From the NCBI RefSeq assembly GCF_009914755.1, contig NC_060944.1: a stretch of 64,000 nt of DNA; one strand, written 5' to 3'. This document shows, in pieces, positions 1-12,800 of this stretch. The first letter of the stretch is position 1. Each line of letters starts with the position of its first letter. This DNA comes from the human T2T-CHM13v2.0 reference genome, Homo sapiens. The translations under genes were made by a program, and so were the position numbers. Under the pieces are notes generated by a model. The model was not told the origin of the DNA. It worked only from the letters and a program-made list of their open reading frames with translations, and did not search any database.

Positions 1-71
1 AGTGGACATTTGGAGCACTTTGAGGCCTAGGGTGAAAAAGAATATAGCTTCACATAAAAACTAGACAGAAG

Positions 72-1948
72 CATTCTCAGAAACTTCTTTATGAAGTTTG
101 CATTCAACTCACAGAGTTGAACTTTCCGTTCCATACAGCAGTTTTGAAACTCTCTTTTTCTAGAATATTTAAGTGGAAACTTGGAGCGCTTCGAGGCCTA
201 TGGTGAAAAAGGGAATATCTTCCCATAAAAAGTAGACAGAAGAATGCTCAGTAACTACATTGTGATGTGTGTAATCAACTCACAGAGTTGAACTTTTCTT
301 TTGAAAGAGAAGATTTGAAACACTCTTTTTGTAGAATCTGCAAATGGATATTTAGCCTGCCTTGAGGCCTTCATTGGAAACGGGAATATCTTCACATAAA
401 ACTAGACAGAAGCATTCTCAGAAGCTTCGTTGTGATGTGTGCATTCAACTCCCAGAGTTGAACCTCTCTTTTGATAGAGCAGTTCTGAAACAATCTTTTT
501 GTGGTATCTGGAAGTGGACGTTTGGAGCGATTCGAGTCCTATGGTGAAAAAGGCAGTATCTTCACCTAAAAACTAGACAGAAGCATTCTCAGAAACTGCA
601 TTGTGATATGTGTAGTCGAGCCACGGAGTTGAAACTTGGTTTTGATGCAGCAGTTTTGAAACACTCTTTTTGTTAGAATCTTCAAGTGGATATTTGGATA
701 GCTTTGAGGCTTTCATTGGAAACGGGAATATCTACACATAAGAACTAGACAGAAGCATTCTCAGAAAGTTCTTTATGAAGTTCGCATTCAACTCACAGAG
801 TTGTACCTTCCTTTTCACACAGCAGTTTTGAGACATTCTTTTTGTAGAATCTGCAAGTGGACATTTGGAGTGATTTGAGACATAGGGTGAAAACGGAATA
901 TCTTCCCATAAAAAGTAGACAGAAGCATTCTCAGAAACGACTTTCTGATTTGTGTACTCAACTCACAGAGTTAAACCTTTCCTTTGATACAGCAGTTCGG
1001 AAACACTCTTCTTGTAGACTTTACAAGCGGATATAAGGACAGCAGTGAGGATTTCATCGGATACGGAATATCTTCACATAAAAGTAGACAGAAGCATTCT
1101 CAGAAAGTTCTTTGTAATGTGTGCATTCAACTCACAGAGTTGAAAGTTTCTTTTGATACACCAGATTGGAAGCCTTCTTTTGGTAGAATTTGCAAGTGGA
1201 TATCTGGACAGCTTTGAGGCCTTCCATGCAAACGAGTGTATCTTCACATAAACACTAGACAGAAGCAACCTCAGAAACTTGTTGGTGATGCTTGCATTCA
1301 ACTCAGAGAATTGAACGTTTCTTTTCCTAGAGTTTTTTTGAAACACTCTTTTTGTAGTATCTGGAAGTGGACATTTGGAGCACTTTGAGGCCTAGGGTGA
1401 AAAAGGAAATATCTTCACATAAAACTAGACAGAAGCATTCTCTGAAACTTCTTTGTGATGTGTGTACTCAACTCACAGAGTTGAACTTTTCTTCTCATAG
1501 ACCAGATTTGAAACCCTCTTTTTGTAGAGTCTGCAATTTCATATTTGGATAGCTTTGAGGATTTCATTGGAAACGGGAATATCTTCCCATAAAAACTAGA
1601 AAGAAGCATTCTCAGAAACTTCTTTGTGATGCTTGCATTCAACACACAGAGTTGAACATTCCCTTTCATACAGCAGTTTTGAAACACTCTTTTTGTAGTA
1701 TCTAGAAGTGGACCTTTGGAGCGCTTTGAGGCCTAGGGTGAAAAAGGAAATACCCTCACCTAAAAAGTAGACAGAAGCATTCTCAGAAACTTCTTAGTGA
1801 TGTGTGTAGTCAACTCACAGAGTTTAACCATTCTTTTGATACAGCAGTTTTGAAACACTCTTTTTGTAGAATCTGCAAGTGGTTATTTTGATAGCTTTGA
1901 GGCTTTGATTGGAAACGGTAATATCTTCACATAAAAACTAGACAGAAG
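72..1948 (+). repeat. Representative 11-monomer HOR unit (1877 bp), m1-m11, box types ABABABBABAB
   Basis: Monomer-specific tags recur in fixed order: m1 TTCCGTTCCATA, m2 TTAGCCTGC, m3 CTCCCAGAG, m4 TGTTAGAATCTTC, m5 TGTACCTTCC, m6 GGACAGCAGTGAGG, m7 AGATTGGAAG, m8 CTTGTTGGTG, m9 TTCTCATAGA, m10 GGACCTTTGG, m11 GTGGTTATTTTG. The recurrent 'MRPSLETG' pseudo-ORF starts (362, 2239; 10091, 11969, 13846, 15724...) are spaced 1875-1879 bp. Confidence 0.97.
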
Positions 1949-3313
1949 CATTCTCAGAAACTTCTTTATGCAGTTTGCATTCAACTCACAGAGTTGAACT
2001 TTCCGTTCCATACAGCAGTTTTGAAACTCTCTTTTTCTAGAATCTGTAAGTGGAAACTTGGAGCGCTTCGAGGCCTATGGTGAAAAAGGGAATATCTTCC
2101 CATAAAAAGTACACAGAAGAATGCTCAGTAACTACTTTGTGATGTGTGTACTCAACTCACAGAGTTGAACTTTTCTTTTGAAAGAGAAGTATTGAAACAC
2201 TCTTTTTGTAGAATCTGCAAATGGGTATTTAGCCTGCTTTGAGGCCTTCATTGGAAACGGGAATATCTTCACATAAAACTAGACAGAAGCATTCTCAGAA
2301 ACTTCGTTGTGATGTGTGCATTCAACTCCCAGAGTTGAACCTCTCTTTTGATAGAGCAGTTCTGAAACAATCTTTTTGTGGTATCTGGAAGTGGACGTTT
2401 GGAGCGATTCGAGGCCTATGGTGAAAAAGGCAATATCTTCACCTAAAAACTAGACAGAAGCATCCTCAGAAACTGCTTTGTGATATGTGTAGTCAAGTCA
2501 CGGAGTTGAAACTTGGTTTTGATGCAGCAGTTTTGAAACACTCTTTTTGTTAGAATCTTCAAGTGGATATTTGGATAGCTTTGAGGCTTTCATTGGAAAG
2601 GGGAATGTCTACACATAAGAACTAGAGAGAAGCATTCTCAGAAAGTTCTTTATGAAGTTCGCATTCAACTCACAGAGTTGTACCTTCCTTTTCACACAGC
2701 AGTTTTGAGACATTCTTTTTGTAGAATCTGCAAGTGGACATTTGGAGTGATTTGAGACATAGGGTGAAAAAGGAATATCTTCCCATAAAAAGTCGACAGA
2801 AGCATTCTCAGAAACGACTTTCTGATTTGTGTACTCAACTCACAGAGTTAACCCTTTCCTTTGATACAGCAGTTTGGAAACACTCTTCTTGTAGAGTTTA
2901 CAAGCGGATATAAGGACAGCAGTGAGGATTTCATCGGAAACGGAATATCTTCACATAAAAGTAGACAGAAGCATTCTCAGAAAGTTCTGTCTAATGTGTG
3001 CATTCAACTCACAGAGCTGAAACTTTCTTTTGATAGAGCAGATTGGAATCCCTCTTTTTGTAGAATTTGCAAGTGGATATCTGGACAGCTTTGAGGCCTT
3101 CCCTGGAAACGAGTGTATCTTCACATAAACACTAGACAGAAGCATCCTCAGAAACTTGTTGGTGATGCTTGCATTCAACTCACAGAATTGAACATTTCTT
3201 TTCCTAGAGCAGTTTTGAAACACTCTTTTTGTAGTATCTGGAAGTGGACATTTGGAGCACTTTGAGGCCTAGGGTGAAAAAGAATATAGCTTCACATAAA
3301 AACTAGACAGAAG
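1949..3313 (+). repeat. 8-mer HOR variant (m1-m8, lacks m9-m11), 1365 bp
   Basis: The m8 tail GGTGAAAAAGAATATAGCTTCACATAAAAACTAGACAGAAG runs directly into m1 CATTCTCAGAAACTTCTTTATGAAG at 3314. Confidence 0.93.
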
Positions 3314-5190
3314 CATTCTCAGAAACTTCTTTATGAAGTTTGCATTCAACTCACAGAGTTGAACTTTCCGTTCCATACAGCAGTTTTGAAACTCTCTTTT
3401 TCTAGAATATTTAAGTGGAAACTTGGAGCGCTTCGAGGCCTATGGTGAAAAAGGGAATATCTTCCCATAAAAAGTAGACAGAAGAATGCTCAGTAACTAC
3501 ATTGTGATGTGTGTAATCAACTCACAGAGTTGAACTTTTCTTTTGAAAGAGAAGATTTGAAACACTCTTTTTGTAGAATCTGCAAATGGATATTTAGCCT
3601 GCCTTCAGGCCTTCATTGGAAACGGGAATATCTTCACATAAAACTAGACAGAAGCATTCTCAGAAACTTCGTTGTGATGTGTGCATTCAACTCCCAGAGT
3701 TGAACCTCTCTTTTGATAGAGCAGTTCTGAAACAATCTTTTTGTGGTATCTGGAAGTGGACGTTTGGAGCGATTCGAGTCCTATGGTGAAAAAGGCAGTA
3801 TCTTCACCTAAAAACTAGACAGAAGCATTCTCAGAAACTGCTTTGTGATATATGTAGTCAACTCACGGAGTTGAAACTTGGTTTTGATGTAGCAGTTTTG
3901 AAACACTCTTTTTGTTAGAATCTTCAAGTGGATATTTGGATAGCTTTGAGGCTTTCATTGGAAACGAGAATATCTACACATAACAAATAGACAGAAGCAT
4001 TCTCAGAAAGTTCTTTATGAAGTTCGCATTGAACTCACAGAGTTGTACCTTCCTTTTCACACAGCAGTTTTGAGACATTATTTTGTAGAATCTGCAAGTG
4101 GACATTAGGAGTTATTTGAGACATAGGGTGAAAAAGGAATATCTTCCCATAAAAAGTCGACAGAAGCATTCTCAGAAACGACTTTCTGATTTGTGTACTC
4201 AACTCACAGAGTTAAACCTTTCCTTTGATACAACAGTTCGGAAACACACTTCTTGTAGACTTTACAAGCGGATATAATGACAGCAGTGAGGATTTCATCG
4301 GAAACGGAATATCTTCACATAAAAGTAGACAGAAGCATTCGCAGAAAGTTCTTTGTAATGTGTGCATTCAACTCACAGAGTTGAAACTTTCTTTTGATAG
4401 AGCAGATTGGAAGACCTCTTTCTGTAGAATTTGAAAGTGGATATCTGGACAGCTTTGAGGCCTTCCCTGGAAACGAGTGTATCTTCATATAAACACTAGA
4501 CAGAAGCATCCTCAGAAACTTGTTGGTGATGCTTGCATTCAACTCACAGAATTGAACATTTCCTTTCCTAGAGCAGTTTTGAAACACTGTTTTTGTAGTA
4601 TCTGGAAGTGGACATTTGGAGCACTTTGAGGCCTAGGGTGAAAAAGGAAATATCTTCACATAAAAACTAGACAGAAGCATTCTCTTAAACTTCTTTGTGA
4701 TGTGTGTACTCAACTCACAGAGTTGAACTTTTCTTCTCATAGATCAGATTTGAAACCCTCTTTTAGTAGAGAATGCAAGTGCATATTTGGATAGCTTTGA
4801 GGATTTCACTGGAAACGGGAATATCTTCCCATAAAAACTAGAAAGAAGCATTCTCAGAAACTTCTTTGTGATGCTTGCATTCAACACACAGAGTTGAACA
4901 TTCCCTTTCATACAGCAGTTTTGAAACACTCTTTTTGTAGTATCTGTAAGTGGACCTTTGGAGCGCTTTGAGGCCTATGGTGAAAAAGGAAATACCCTCA
5001 CCTAAAAAGTAGACCGAAGCATTCTCAGAAACTTCTTTGTGATGTGTGTGGTAAACTCACAGAGTTGAACCTTTCTTTTGATACAGCACTTTTGAAACAC
5101 TCTTTTTGTAGAATCTGCAAGTGGTTATTTTGATAGCTTTGAGGCTCTCATTGGAAACGGGAATATCTTCACATAAAAACTAGACAGAAG

Positions 5191-5874
5191 CATTCTCAGA
5201 AACTTCTTTATGAAGTTTGCATTCAACACACAGAGTTGAACATTCCGTTCCATACAGCAGTTTTGAAACTCTCTTTTTCTAGAATCTGTAAGTGGAAACT
5301 TGGAGCACTTCGAGGCCTATGGTGAAAAAGGGAATATCTTCCCATAAAAAGTAGACAGAAGAATTCTCAGTAACTGCTTTGTGATGTGTGTACTCAACTC
5401 ACAGAGTTGAACTTTTCTTCTCATAGATCAGATTTGAAACCCTCTTTTTGTAGAGTCTGGAAGTGCATATTTGGATAGCTTTGAGGATTTCATTGGAAAC
5501 GGGAATATCTTCCCATAAAAACTAGAAAGAAGGATTCTCAGAAACTTCTTTGTGATGCTTGCATTCAACTCACAGAGTTGAACATTCCCGTTCATACCGC
5601 AGTTTTGAAACACTCTTTTTGTAGTATCTGGAAGTGGACCTTTGGAGCGCTCTGAGGCCTAGGGTGAAAAAGGAAATATCCTCACCTAAAAACTAGACAG
5701 AAGTATTCTCAGAAACTTCTTTGTGATGTGTGTAGTCAACTCACAGAGTTGAACCTTTCTTTTGATACAGCAGTTTTGAAACACTCTTTTTGTAGAATCT
5801 GCAAGTGGTTATTTTGATAGCTTTGAGGCTTTCATTGGAAACGGGAATATCTTCACATAAAAACTAGACAGAAG
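5191..5874 (+). repeat. 4-mer HOR variant (m1, hybrid m2/m9, m10, m11), 684 bp
   Basis: The m2 start AATTCTCAGTAAC continues into m9 TTCTCATAGATCAG near 5360-5430, skipping seven monomers. Confidence 0.93.
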
Positions 5875-7239
5875 CATTCTCAGAAACTTCTTTATGAAGT
5901 TTGCATTCAACTCACAGAGTTGAACTTTCCGTTCCATACAGCAGTTTTGAAACTCTCTTTTTCTAGAATCTGTAAGTGGAAACTTGGAGTGCTTCGAGGC
6001 CTATGGTGAAAAAGGGAATATCTTCCCATAAAAAGTAGACAGAAGAATTCTCAGTAACTACTTTGTGATGTGTGTACTCAACTCACAGGGTTGAACTTTT
6101 CCTTTGAAAGAGAAGTTTTGAAACACCCTTTCTGTAGAATCTGCAAATGGGTATGTAGCCTGCTTTGAGGCCTTCATTGGAAACGGGAATATCTTTACAT
6201 AAAACTAGACAGAAGCATTCTCAGAAACTTCATTGTCATGTGTGCATTCAACTCCCAGAGTTGAACCTCTCTTTTGATAGAGCAGTTCTGAAACAATCTT
6301 TTTGTGGTATCTGGAAGTGGAGGTTTGGAGCGATTCGAGGCCTATGGTGAAAAAGGCAATATCTTCACCTAAAAACTAGACAGAAGCATTCTCAGAAACT
6401 GCTTTGTGATTTGTGTAGTCAACTCACGGAGTTGAAACTTTGTTTTGATGCAGCAGTTTTGAAACACTCTTTTTGTTAGAATCTTCAAGTGGATATTTGG
6501 ATAGCTTTGAGGCTTTCATTGGAAACGGGAATATCTACACATAAGAACTAGACAGAAACATTCTCAGAAAGTTCTTTATGAAGTTCGCATTCAACTCACA
6601 GAGTTGTACCTTCCTTTTCACACAGTAGTTTTGAGACATTCTTTTTGAAGAATCTGCCAGTGGACATTTGGAGTGATTTGAGACATAGGGTGAAAAAGGA
6701 ATATCTTCCCATAAAAAGTAGACAGAAGCATTCTCAATAAAGACTTTCTGATTTGTGTACTCAACTCACAGAGTTAAACCTTTCCTTTGATACAGCAGTT
6801 TGGAAACACTCTTCTTGTAGAATTTACAAGCGGATATAAGGACAGCAGTGAGGATTTCATCGGAAACGGAATATCTTCACATAAAAGTAGACAGAAGCAT
6901 TCTCAGAAAGTTCTGTCTAATGTGTGCATTCAACTCACAGAGCTGAAACTTTCTTTTGATAGAGCAGATTGGAATCCCTCTTTTTGTAGAATTTGCAAGT
7001 GGATATCTGGACAGCTTTGAGGCCTTCCCTGGAAACGAGTGTATCTTCACATAAACACTAGACAGAAGCATCCTCAGAAACTTGTTGGTGATGCTTGCAT
7101 TCAACTCACAGAATTGAACATTTCTTTTCCTAGAGCAGTTTTGAAACACTCTTTTTGTAGTATCTGGAAGTGGACATTTGGAGCACTTTGAGGCCTAGGG
7201 TGAAAAAGAATATAGCTTCACATAAAAACTAGACAGAAG
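5875..7239 (+). repeat. 8-mer HOR variant, second complete copy, 1365 bp
   Basis: Same AAAAAGAATATAGCTTC m8-to-m1 junction at ~7203-7240. Confidence 0.93.
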
Positions 7240-9116
7240 CATTCTCAGAAACTTCTTTATGAAGTTTGCATTCAACTCACAGAGTTGAACTTTCCGTTCC
7301 ATACAGCAGTTTTGAAACTCTCTTTTTCTAGAATATTTAAGTGGAAACTTGGAGCGCTTCGAGGCCTATGGTGAAAAAGGGAATATCTTCCCATAAAAAG
7401 TAGACAGAAGAATGCTCAGTAACTACATTGTGATGTGTGTAATCAACTCACAGAGTTGAACTTTTCTTTTGAAAGAGAAGATTTGAAACACTCTTTTTGT
7501 AGAATCTGCAAATGGATATTTAGCCTGCCTTGAGGCCTTCATTGGAAACGGGAATATCTTCACATAAAACTAGACAGAAGCATTCTCAGAAGCTTCGTTG
7601 TGATGTGTGCATTCAACTCCCAGAGTTGAACCTCTCTTTTGATAGAGCAGTTCTGAAACAATCTTTTTGTGGTATCTGGAAGTGGACGTTTGGAGCGATT
7701 CGAGTCCTATGGTGAAAAAGGCAGTATCTTCACCTAAAAACTAGACAGAAGCATTCTCAGAAACTGCTTTGTGATATATGTAGTGAACTCACGGAGTTGA
7801 AACTTGGTTTTGATGTAGCAGTTTTGAAACACTCTTTTTGTTAGAATCTTCAAGTGGATATTTGGATAGCTTTGAGGCTTTCATTGGAAACGAGAATATC
7901 TACACATAACAAATAGACAGAAGCATTCTCAGAAAGTTCTTTATGAAGTTCGCATTGAACTCACAGAGTTGTACCTTCCTTTTCACACAGCAGTTTTGAG
8001 ACATTATTTTGTAGAATCTGAAAGTGGACATTTGGAGTTATTTGAAACATAGGGTGAAAAAGGAATATCTTCCCATAAAAAGTCGACAGAAGCATTCTGA
8101 GAAACGACTTTCTGATTTGTGTACTCAACTCACAGAGTTAAACCTTTCCTTTGATACAACAGTTCGGAAACACTCTTCTTGTAGACTTTACAAGCGGATA
8201 TAATGACAGCAGTGAGGATTTCATCGGAAACGGAATATCTTCACATAAAAGTAGACAGAAGCATTCGCAGAAAGTTCTTTGTAATGTGTGCATTCAACTC
8301 ACAGAGTTGAAACTTTCTTTTGATAGAGCAGATTGGAAGACCTCTTTCTGTAGAATTTGAAAGTGGATATCTGGACAGCTTTGAGGCCTTCCCTGGAAAC
8401 GAGTGTATCTTCATATAAACACTAGACAGAAGCATCCTCAGAAACTTGTTGGTGATGCTTGCATTCAACTCACAGAATTGAACATTTCCTTTCCTAGAGC
8501 AGTTTTGAAACACTCTTTTTGTAGTATCTGGAAGTGGACATTTGGAGCACTTTGAGGCCTAGGGTGAAAAAGGAAATATCTTCACATAAAAACTAGATAG
8601 AAGCATTCTCTTAAACTTCTTTGTGATGTGTGTACTCAACTCACAGAGTTGAACTTTTCTTCTCATAGATCAGATTTGAAACCCTCTTTTAGTAGAGAAT
8701 GCAAGTGCATATTTGGATAGCTTTGAGGTTTTCACTGGAAACGGGAATATCTTCCCATAAAAACTAGAAAGAAGCATTCTCAGAAACTTCTTTGTGATGC
8801 TTGCATTCAACACACAGAGTTTAACATTCCCTTTCACACAGCAGTTTTGAAAAACTCTTTTTGTAGTATCTGGAAGTGGACCTTTGGAGCGCTTTGAGGC
8901 CTAGGGTGAAAAAGGAAATACCCTCACCTAAAAAGTAGACCGAAGCATTCTCAGAAACTTCTTTGTGATGTGTGTAGTCAACTCACAGAGTTGAACCGTT
9001 CTTTTGATACAGCAGTTTTGAAACACTCTTTTTGTAGAACCTGCAAGTGGTTATTTTGATAGCTTTGAGGCTCTCATTGGAAACGGGAATATCTTCACAT
9101 AAAAACTAGACAGAAG

Positions 9117-9800
9117 CATTCTCAGAAACTTCTTTATGAAGTTTGCATTCAACACACAGAGTTGAACATTCCGTTCCATACAGCAGTTTTGAAACTCTCT
9201 TTTTCTAGAATCTGTAAGTGGAAACTTGGAGCACTTCGAGGCCTATGGTGAAAAAGGGAATATCTTCCCATAAAAAGTAGACAGAAGAATTCTCAGTAAC
9301 TACTTTGTGATGTGTGTACTCAACTCACAGAGTTGAACTTTTCTTCTCATAGATCAGATTTGAAACCCTCTTTTTGTAGAGTCTGCAAGTGCATATTTGG
9401 ATAGCTTTGAGGATTTCATTGGAAACGGGAATATCTTCCCATAAAAACTAGAAAGAAGCATTCTCAGAAACTTCTTTGTGATGCTTGCATTCAACACACA
9501 GAGTTGAACATTCCCTTTCATACAGCAGTTTTGAAACACTCTTTTTGTAGTATCTGGAAGTGGACCTTTGGAGCGCTTTGAGGCCTAGGGTGAAAAAGGA
9601 AATACCCTCACCTAAAAAGTAGACCGAAGCATTCTCAGAAACTTCTTTGTGATGTGTGTAGTCAACTCACAGAGTTGAACCTTTCTTTTGATACTGCAGT
9701 TTTGAAACACTCTTTTTATAGAATCTGCAAGTGGTTATTTTGATAGCTTTGAGGCTTTCATTGGAAACGGGAATATCTTCACATAAAAACTAGACAGAAG
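9117..9800 (+). repeat. 4-mer HOR variant, second copy, 684 bp
   Basis: Same m2/m9 hybrid at ~9288-9360, 3926 bp downstream of the first. Confidence 0.93.
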
Positions 9801-12800
9801 CATTCTCAGAAACTTCTTTATGAAGTTTGCATTCAACTCACAGAGTTGAACTTTCCGTTCCATACAGCAGTTTTGAAACTCTCTTTTTCTAGAATCTGTA
9901 AGTGGAAACTTGGAGCGCTTCGAGGCCTATGGTGAAAAAGGGAATATCTTACCATAAAAAGTAGACAGAAGAATTCTCAGTAACTACTTTGTGATGTGTG
10001 TACTCAACTCACAGAGTTGAACTTTTCTTTTGAAAGAGAAGTTTTGAAACACTCTTTTTGTAGAATCTGCAAATGGGCATGTAGCCTGCTTTGAGGCCTT
10101 CATTGGAAACGGGAATATCTTCACATAAAACTAGACAGAAGCATTCTCAGAAACTTCGTTGTGATGTGTGCATTCAACTCCCAGAGTTGAACCTCTCTTT
10201 TGATAGAGCAGTTCTGAAACAATCTTCTTGTGGAATCTGGAAGCGGACGTTTGGAGCGATTCGAGGCCTACGGTGAAAAGGGCAATATCTTCACCTAAAA
10301 ACTAGACAGAAGCATTCTCAGAAACTGCTTTGTGATATGTGTAGTCAACTCACGGAGTTGAAATTTGTTTTGATGCAGCAGTTTTGAAACACTCTTTTTT
10401 GTTAAAATCTTCAAGTGGATATTTGGATAGCTTTGAGGCTTTCATTGGAAACCGGAATATCTACACATAAGAACTAGACAGAAGCATTCTCAGAAAGTTC
10501 TTTATGAAGTTCGCATTCAACTCAGAGAGTTGTACCTTCCTTTTCACACAGTAGATTTGAGACATTCTTTTTGTAGAATCTGCAAGTGGACATTTGGAGT
10601 GATTTGAGACATAGGGTGAAACAGGAATATCTTCCCATAAAAAGTAGACAGAAGCATTCTCAGAAACGACTTTCTGATTTGTGTACTCAACTCACAGAGT
10701 TAAACCTTTCCTTTGATACAGCAGTTCGGAAACACTCTTCTTGTAGAATTTACGAGCTGATATAAGGACAGCAGTGAGGATTTCATCGGAAACGGAATAT
10801 CTTCACATAAAAGTAGACAGAAGCATTCTCAGAAAGTTCTTTGTAATGTGTGCATTCAACTCACAGAGTTGAAACTTTCTTTTGATAGAGCAGATTGGAA
10901 GCCCTCTTTTTGTAGAATTTGCAAGTGGATATCTGGACAGCTTTGAGGCCTTCCCTGGAAAAGAGTGTATCTTCACATAAACACTAGACAGAAGCATCCT
11001 CAGAAACTTGTTGGTGATGCTTGCATTCAACTCACAGGATTGAACATTTCTTTTCCTAGAGCAATTTTGAAACACTGTTTTTGTAGTATCTGGAAGTGGA
11101 CATTTGGAGCACTTTTAGGTCTAGGGTGAAAAAGGAAATAGCTTCAAATAAAAACTAGACAGAAGCATTCTCTGAAACTTCTTTGTGATGTGTGTACTCA
11201 ACTCACAGAGTTGAACTTTTCTTCTCATAGATCAGATTTGAAACCCTCTTTTTGTAGAGTCTGCAAGTGCATACTTGGATAGCTTTGAGGATTTCATTGG
11301 AAACGGGAATATCATCCCATAAAAACTAGAAAGAAGCATTCTCAGAAACTTCTTTGTGATGCTTGCATTCAACTCACAGAGTTGAACATTCCCTTTCATA
11401 CAGCAGTTCTCAAACACTCTTTTTGTAGTATTTGGAAGTGGACCTTTGGAGCGCTTTGAGGCCTAGGGTGAAAAAGGAAATATCCTCACTTAAGAACTAG
11501 ACAGAAGCATTCTCAGAAACTTCTATGTGATGTGTGTAGTCAACTCATAGAGTTGAACCTTTCTTTTGATACAGCAGTTTTGAAACACTCTTTTTGTAGA
11601 ATCTGCAAGTGGTTATTTTGATAGCTTTGAGGCTTTGATTGGAAACGGGAATATCTTCACATAAAAACTAGACAGAAGCATTCTCAGAAACTTCTTTATG
11701 AAGTTTGCATTCAACTCACAGAGTTGAACTTTCCGTTCCATACAGCAGTTTTGAAACTCTCTTTTTCTAGGATCTGTAAGTGGAAATTTAGAGCGCTTCG
11801 AGGCCTATGGTGAAAAAGGGAATATCTTCCCATAAAAAGTAGACAGAAGAATTCTCAGTAACTACTTTGTGATGTGTGTACTCAACTCACAGAGTTGAAC
11901 TTTTCTTTTGAAAGAGACGTTTTGAAACACTCTTTTTGTAGAATCTGCTAATGGGTATTTAGCCTGCCTTGAGGCCTTCATTGGAAACGGGAATATCTTC
12001 ACATAAAACTAGACAGAAGCATTCTCAGAAACTTCGTTGTGATGTGTGCATTCAACTCCCAGAGTTGAACCTCTCTTTTGATAGAGCAGTTCCGAAACAA
12101 TCTTTTTGTGGTATCTGGAAGTGGACGTTTGGAGCGATTCGAGTCCTATGGTGAAAAAGGCAATATCTTCACCTAAAAACTAGACAGAAGCATTCTCAGA
12201 AACTGCTTTGTGATATATGTAGTCAACTCACGGAGTTGAAACTTGGTTTTGATGAAGCAGTTTTGAAACACTCTTTTTGTTATAATCTTCAAGTGGATAT
12301 TTGGATAGCTTTGAGGCTTTCATTGGAAACGAGAATATCTACACATAACAAATAGACAGAAGCATTCTCAGAAAGTTCTTTATGAAGTTCGCATTCAACT
12401 CACAGAGTTGTACCTTCCTTTTCACACAGCAGTTTTGAGACATTATTTTGTAGAATCTGCAAGTGGACATTTGGAGTTATTTGAGACATAGGGTGAAAAA
12501 GGAATATCTTCCCATAAAAAGTCGACAGAAGTATTCTCAGAAACGACTTTCTGATTTGTGTACTCAACTCACAGAGTTAAACCTTTCCTTTGATACAACA
12601 GTTCGGAAACACTCTTCTTGTAGACTTTACAAGCGGATATAATGACAGCAGTGAGGATTTCATCGGAAACGGAATATCTTCACATAAAAGTAGACAGAAA
12701 CATTCGCAGGAAGTTCTTGGTAATGTGTGCATTCAACTCACAGAGTTGAAACTTTCTTTTGATAGAGCAGATTGGAAGACCTCTTTCTGTAGAATTTGAA

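Noticed and set aside
105-122. Imperfect inverted repeat TCAACTC-ACA-GAGTTGA in most monomers, resembling a hairpin or terminator
   Set aside because: A well-known dyad in the alphoid consensus; not specific to this array.
72-1948. Identification as the active chr13/21 (D13Z1/D21Z1) or chr1 D1Z5 11-mer on unit size alone
   Set aside because: Near absence of intact CENP-B boxes argues against D13Z1/D21Z1, and the dimeric A/B pattern does not fit pentamer-derived SF3 D1Z5. Unit size is not diagnostic.
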